The notes beneath the pieces were generated by a model, which was given only the letters and a program-made list of their open reading frames with translations, did no database searches and was not told the origin of the DNA. A stretch of DNA of 60,994 nucleotides from Thermoplasmata archaeon (GTDB lineage: Archaea > Thermoplasmatota > Thermoplasmata > Lutacidiplasmatales > UBA184): positions 1-60,994 of the forward strand of contig JAWOKS010000020.1 of the NCBI GenBank assembly GCA_033854115.1. The letters are read 5' to 3'. Of the stretch, positions 57,758 through 60,994 are shown piece after piece; positions within the stretch are counted from its first letter, which is position 1; the number at the start of each line of letters is the position of its first letter. Both the position numbers and the translations under genes were made by a program.

Positions 57758-57769
57758 GGGGGACCGGTC

Positions 57770-58192
57770 CTGCTCGAGCCACCGGGGCCGGGACCGAACA
57801 CGCTCGACCTCGCAAGCCCGGCGTTCTACGCGCTCCTCGCGACGCTCGCCGTGTTCATCGCGATGCTCTTCCTCCTCCGCCGATTCCACCCCCGTCGCAA
57901 GCGGGGCCTCGCGGGGTACCTCGAGGCCGCCGGCGTGAGCCTGGTCTTCCTCGTCCTCTCGGTCGCGCTCGTCGTGGGGCTCGCGCTCCACGACCGTTCC
58001 GGCAATCAGACCTCTTACGCCCTCTACGAGACGGTGCTCACCGGCTACTGGCTCGCCTTCGCCATCCCGATCGTCACGGTCGGGAGCTCGGTGCAGGCCC
58101 GCTCGCGCCGCGCGATCCGCTGGCTGATCCCCTCGGTCGTGGTCTCGGCGCTGATGTTCGCCGGCTTCTTCGGCTACTTCTACCTCGCCTAG
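57770..58192 (+). CDS. Hypothetical membrane protein (about 4 TM); start uncertain (CTG 57770 or GTG 57851)
   Basis: Hydrophobic segments; first TM begins upstream of the first canonical start. Confidence 0.65.
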   Translation: MLEPPGPGPNTLDLASPAFYALLATLAVFIAMLFLLRRFHPRRKRGLAGYLEAAGVSLVFLVLSVALVVGLALHDRSGNQTSYALYETVLTGYWLAFAIPIVTVGSSVQARSRRAIRWLIPSVVVSALMFAGFFGYFYLA

Positions 58193-58231
58193 CGGCGGGG
58201 CGGGCCGGAGCGGGCCCGCGGAGCCGCCCCG

Positions 58232-58414
58232 TCAGTCCCGCTCGTCGGGGGGCAGGAGGTCCGGGATGCCGTCGTCGATGGGGTAGTCGACGTGGCAACG
58301 GGCGCAGGCGAGGGTGCCGGTGAGCACCTCGTCCCCGTGACGCGTCCGCTCGGTGAGCGTGAGCTCCCCCCGGCAGACCGGGCACCGGAGGATCTCGAGC
58401 AGCTGGGGCCTCAT
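58232..58414 (-). CDS. trm112: Trm112-family methyltransferase activator
   Basis: LLEILRCPVCRGEL...G.L.C..C...YPIDDGIPDLLP. Confidence 0.9.
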   Translation of the reverse strand: MRPQLLEILRCPVCRGELTLTERTRHGDEVLTGTLACARCHVDYPIDDGIPDLLPPDERD

Positions 58415-59646
58415 CGCGACGCGGCCTCGACAAGACCGTAGCCGATGAGCCGCCAGGCGTTCAAGCGGCGGGAGATCGCGACCCGCGTCCCGGCGAAGAC
58501 CGTCACGGGCCGGGTGAGCGCGAGCTCGACCTCGTCGCCCCGGGCGCTCGTCACCTTGCCCGGGGCGATCGTCGTCCCGACGGTGATCGCGAGCAGCTCG
58601 CTCGTGCGGATCTTCTCGACCTTGATCTCGCGCTGGGCCCCGAGCACGCGGTCGAGGAGCGTCGCCTTGAGACGGATCTTCTGGCTGACCTCGGGCAGCG
58701 TGCCGGCCGTGCCGATCAGGCGTCCGGTGAGGCCGTCGCCCTTCGTCAGCGAGGGATCAAGGCCCGTGCCGATCGCGGCGAGGCCCCCCGGACGGAGCTC
58801 CGCCCAGTTCTCGCCGCCGGAGACGATCGACGTGATCGTGGTCGTGAGGGCCTCCGCGCGCCCGTTCGAAGCGCCGGTGACCCCGGGACGGATCTCGATC
58901 TCCTCCCCGGTCTTGAGGCGCCCTTGGAGGAGCGAGCCTCCGAGCACCCCGCCGCGCAGGTCCTTCGGCCGGGTGCCCGGGCGGTTCACGTCGAACGAAC
59001 GGGCGACGTACATGAGCGGAGGCTTCGAGGTGTCCCGGGCCGGGGTCGGGATCGTCTCCTCGATCGCCCCGATGAGGGCGTCCAGGCCGACCCGGTGGTT
59101 CGCGCTGATCGGGACGATCGGCGCTCCCGAGATCGGGGAGCCCTTGAGGAACTCGGTGGTCTCCTCCTGGTTCCGGGTCGCCTCCTCGGCGGTCACGAGG
59201 TCGACCTTGTTCTGGACGACGACGACCTTGCGCACCCCGATGATGTCGAGCGCGTAGAGGTGCTCCCGGGTCTGCGGCTGGGGGACGTGCTCGTTCGCGG
59301 CGACGAGAAGGAGCGCGCCGTCCATGATCGCCGCGCCGGAGAGCATCGTCTCCATGAGCGTCTCGTGGCCGGGAGCGTCGACGAACGACACCGCGCGCAG
59401 GAACTTCGCCTCCCCGCCGCAGGACGGGCAGACCGGTTCGACCGCGTAGCCGGTCGGCTTCGGGCAGTTCGGGCAGACGTAGAACGCCGCGTCGGCGTAG
59501 CCGAGCTTGATCGAGATGCCGCGCTTCAGCTCCTCGGAATGCCGGTCGGTCCACTCGCCGGTGAGCGCCTGGGTGAGCGTCGTCTTCCCGTGGTCGACGT
59601 GACCGACGAGCCCGACGTTCACCTCCGGTTGTCGGGGAACCTTCAT
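58411..59646 (-). CDS. eif2g: Translation initiation factor 2 gamma subunit
   Basis: QPEVNVGLVGHVDHGKTT, RGISIKLGY, Zn knuckle, DAPGHE, QNKVD, RSFDVNRPG, WRLIGYG. Confidence 0.96.
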   Translation of the reverse strand: MKVPRQPEVNVGLVGHVDHGKTTLTQALTGEWTDRHSEELKRGISIKLGYADAAFYVCPNCPKPTGYAVEPVCPSCGGEAKFLRAVSFVDAPGHETLMETMLSGAAIMDGALLLVAANEHVPQPQTREHLYALDIIGVRKVVVVQNKVDLVTAEEATRNQEETTEFLKGSPISGAPIVPISANHRVGLDALIGAIEETIPTPARDTSKPPLMYVARSFDVNRPGTRPKDLRGGVLGGSLLQGRLKTGEEIEIRPGVTGASNGRAEALTTTITSIVSGGENWAELRPGGLAAIGTGLDPSLTKGDGLTGRLIGTAGTLPEVSQKIRLKATLLDRVLGAQREIKVEKIRTSELLAITVGTTIAPGKVTSARGDEVELALTRPVTVFAGTRVAISRRLNAWRLIGYGLVEAASR

Positions 59647-60020
59647 GAAGCGGCGAACAGCTCCGCGAGCGGCTTCGGTCCCTTCTGGTCGACGACGAGG
59701 TTGATCTGGACCGTGTCCTCGCTGATCGTGTTGCCGCGGAACGTCCGGCGCTTGCGCATCCCCCGACGCGGAGCGTGGAAGCCGAACCCCTCGCCCACGT
59801 AGAGGCGGACCTGGCGGGCGCCCGGGACGTCCGGACGCAGGGGAAAGCCGCTCTTGTCGGTCCCGCCCGTGATCCGGAACGTGTAGCCGCTCGCCCCGAT
59901 CAGCTCGCCTCCGACCGCCTCGCCGATGCGCTTGCCGAGGAAGCCGGCCGACTGCGGGTCGGCGACGGTGCGGGCGATCGACCGCTCCCGTTCCGAGATC
60001 ACGAGCTTGTACTCGACCAT
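59643..60020 (-). CDS. rps6e: 30S ribosomal protein S6e
   Basis: YKLVIS, GKRIGE, ITGGTDKSGFP, GMRKRRTFRGN, VQIN. Confidence 0.94.
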   Translation of the reverse strand: MVEYKLVISERERSIARTVADPQSAGFLGKRIGEAVGGELIGASGYTFRITGGTDKSGFPLRPDVPGARQVRLYVGEGFGFHAPRRGMRKRRTFRGNTISEDTVQINLVVDQKGPKPLAELFAAS

Positions 60021-60196
60021 GCTCAACTGGAGGCGAAGCCGCGCGAGTCGGGGCGCCTTAAAAGCGCTTGCGCGGGTCGCTCGGCGGTGCGTCCTCGCCG
60101 GCCGTCCCGCGGTCCCCCGGACGGCGGACCGGGGCCCGGGCCGGCACGCCCTTAAGAGGGAGTTCCTCGCTCGGAGCCGGGAGGGCACCGCGAGCT

Positions 60197-60994
60197 GTGG
60201 CCGGGGGGATCGACTACCTCGAGGCGACCCGAACGATCACGCTCGCCGGGGGTCTCGCCTACGCGGCCGTTTCGGACCTGCGTTCCCGGGAAGTGACCGA
60301 CCACCTCTGGCAGGTCCTCGGGGTCGCCGGTCTCGTCTTCGGCCTCGTCGCGTTCGCCCCCGCCGGACCCGTTCCGTTCGCCCTGTGGCTCCTCGTCGCG
60401 GTGTTCGTGGTCCAGCACGTCTTCCCGTGGGACGACGCCCTGCGGGGCCCCGCCGCGCGCTTCGCGCCCTGGATCGAGGGGGTCACGTACCTCGCGGTCC
60501 TCCTCCTTACCGGCGCTGCCGTCGTGAGCTACGGGATCGGCGCGTCGGCCGTCCCCGTAGCGATCCTCGCCGTCCTCGCGAGCGTCCTCCTCGCGCGCGC
60601 GCTCTTCGAGCTCGGGGTGCTCTACGGGGGGGCCGATGCGAAGGCGCTCATGGTGACGGGGCTCGTCGTGCCGTTGTTCGCGGTCCCCCTCCTCCTCGCG
60701 CCCCCGTCCACCGCGACCCTCCTGAGCTTCCTGCCGTTCTCGATCACCGTCCTCACGAACGCCGCGTTCTTCTCGATCTTCGTGCCGCTCGCGATCGCCG
60801 TCCGGAACGTACGGCGCGGGGAGTTCACGCTCCGCCGCGGGTTCACCGGTTACACGATGGCCGTCGCCGACCTGCCGCGCCGGTTCGTCTGGGTCCGTGA
60901 CCCGCTCTCCGGCCACGACAGCCTCGCCGACGATGCGGAGACGAGCGAGGAGGATGCCCGGCGCCGCACCGAGATCGCGCGCGCCCTCGCCGCC
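60197..60994 (+). CDS. Prepilin/prearchaellin peptidase (A24, FlaK/PibD-like), 3' truncated by window end
   Basis: Translated by hand (absent from ORF track): YAAVSDLRSREV.D..W and LYGGADAKALM aspartate motifs; multiple TMs; CTTAAG box upstream. Confidence 0.85.
   Translation, partial: MAGGIDYLEATRTITLAGGLAYAAVSDLRSREVTDHLWQVLGVAGLVFGLVAFAPAGPVPFALWLLVAVFVVQHVFPWDDALRGPAARFAPWIEGVTYLAVLLLTGAAVVSYGIGASAVPVAILAVLASVLLARALFELGVLYGGADAKALMVTGLVVPLFAVPLLLAPPSTATLLSFLPFSITVLTNAAFFSIFVPLAIAVRNVRRGEFTLRRGFTGYTMAVADLPRRFVWVRDPLSGHDSLADDAETSEEDARRRTEIARALAA

Overview
Very GC-rich archaeal chromosome segment, most likely Thermoplasmata. This is inferred from an archaeal 16S 3' end not followed by tRNA-Ala/23S, archaeal-type RibC/RibL, PriL, Csl4, TFB, aIF2-gamma, S6e, PurP and Pps, plus rpe and two sedolisins. 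It is mostly dense housekeeping DNA, with no CRISPR array, transposase or integrase seen. Most notable points: (1) a birA + acyl-CoA carboxyltransferase + pyruvate carboxyltransferase + biotin-carrier operon with no biotin carboxylase and no Na+-pump subunit, which is the gene set of a Propionibacterium-type transcarboxylase, with methylmalonyl-CoA mutase and epimerase about 27 kb away; (2) two intron-containing tRNAs invisible to the ORF track, tRNA-Leu(UAA) and a tRNA-Ser(GGA) interrupted in the T-loop, sharing the same non-standard bulge-helix-bulge; (3) two solo Cas4/RecB-like nucleases, one an internal tandem duplication; (4) a divergent TFB paralogue, a TrmB-V4R-like regulator and an SHMT homologue lacking folate-related residues; (5) candidate ACG/CTG start codons. 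All product calls come from motif recognition by eye, with no database search.
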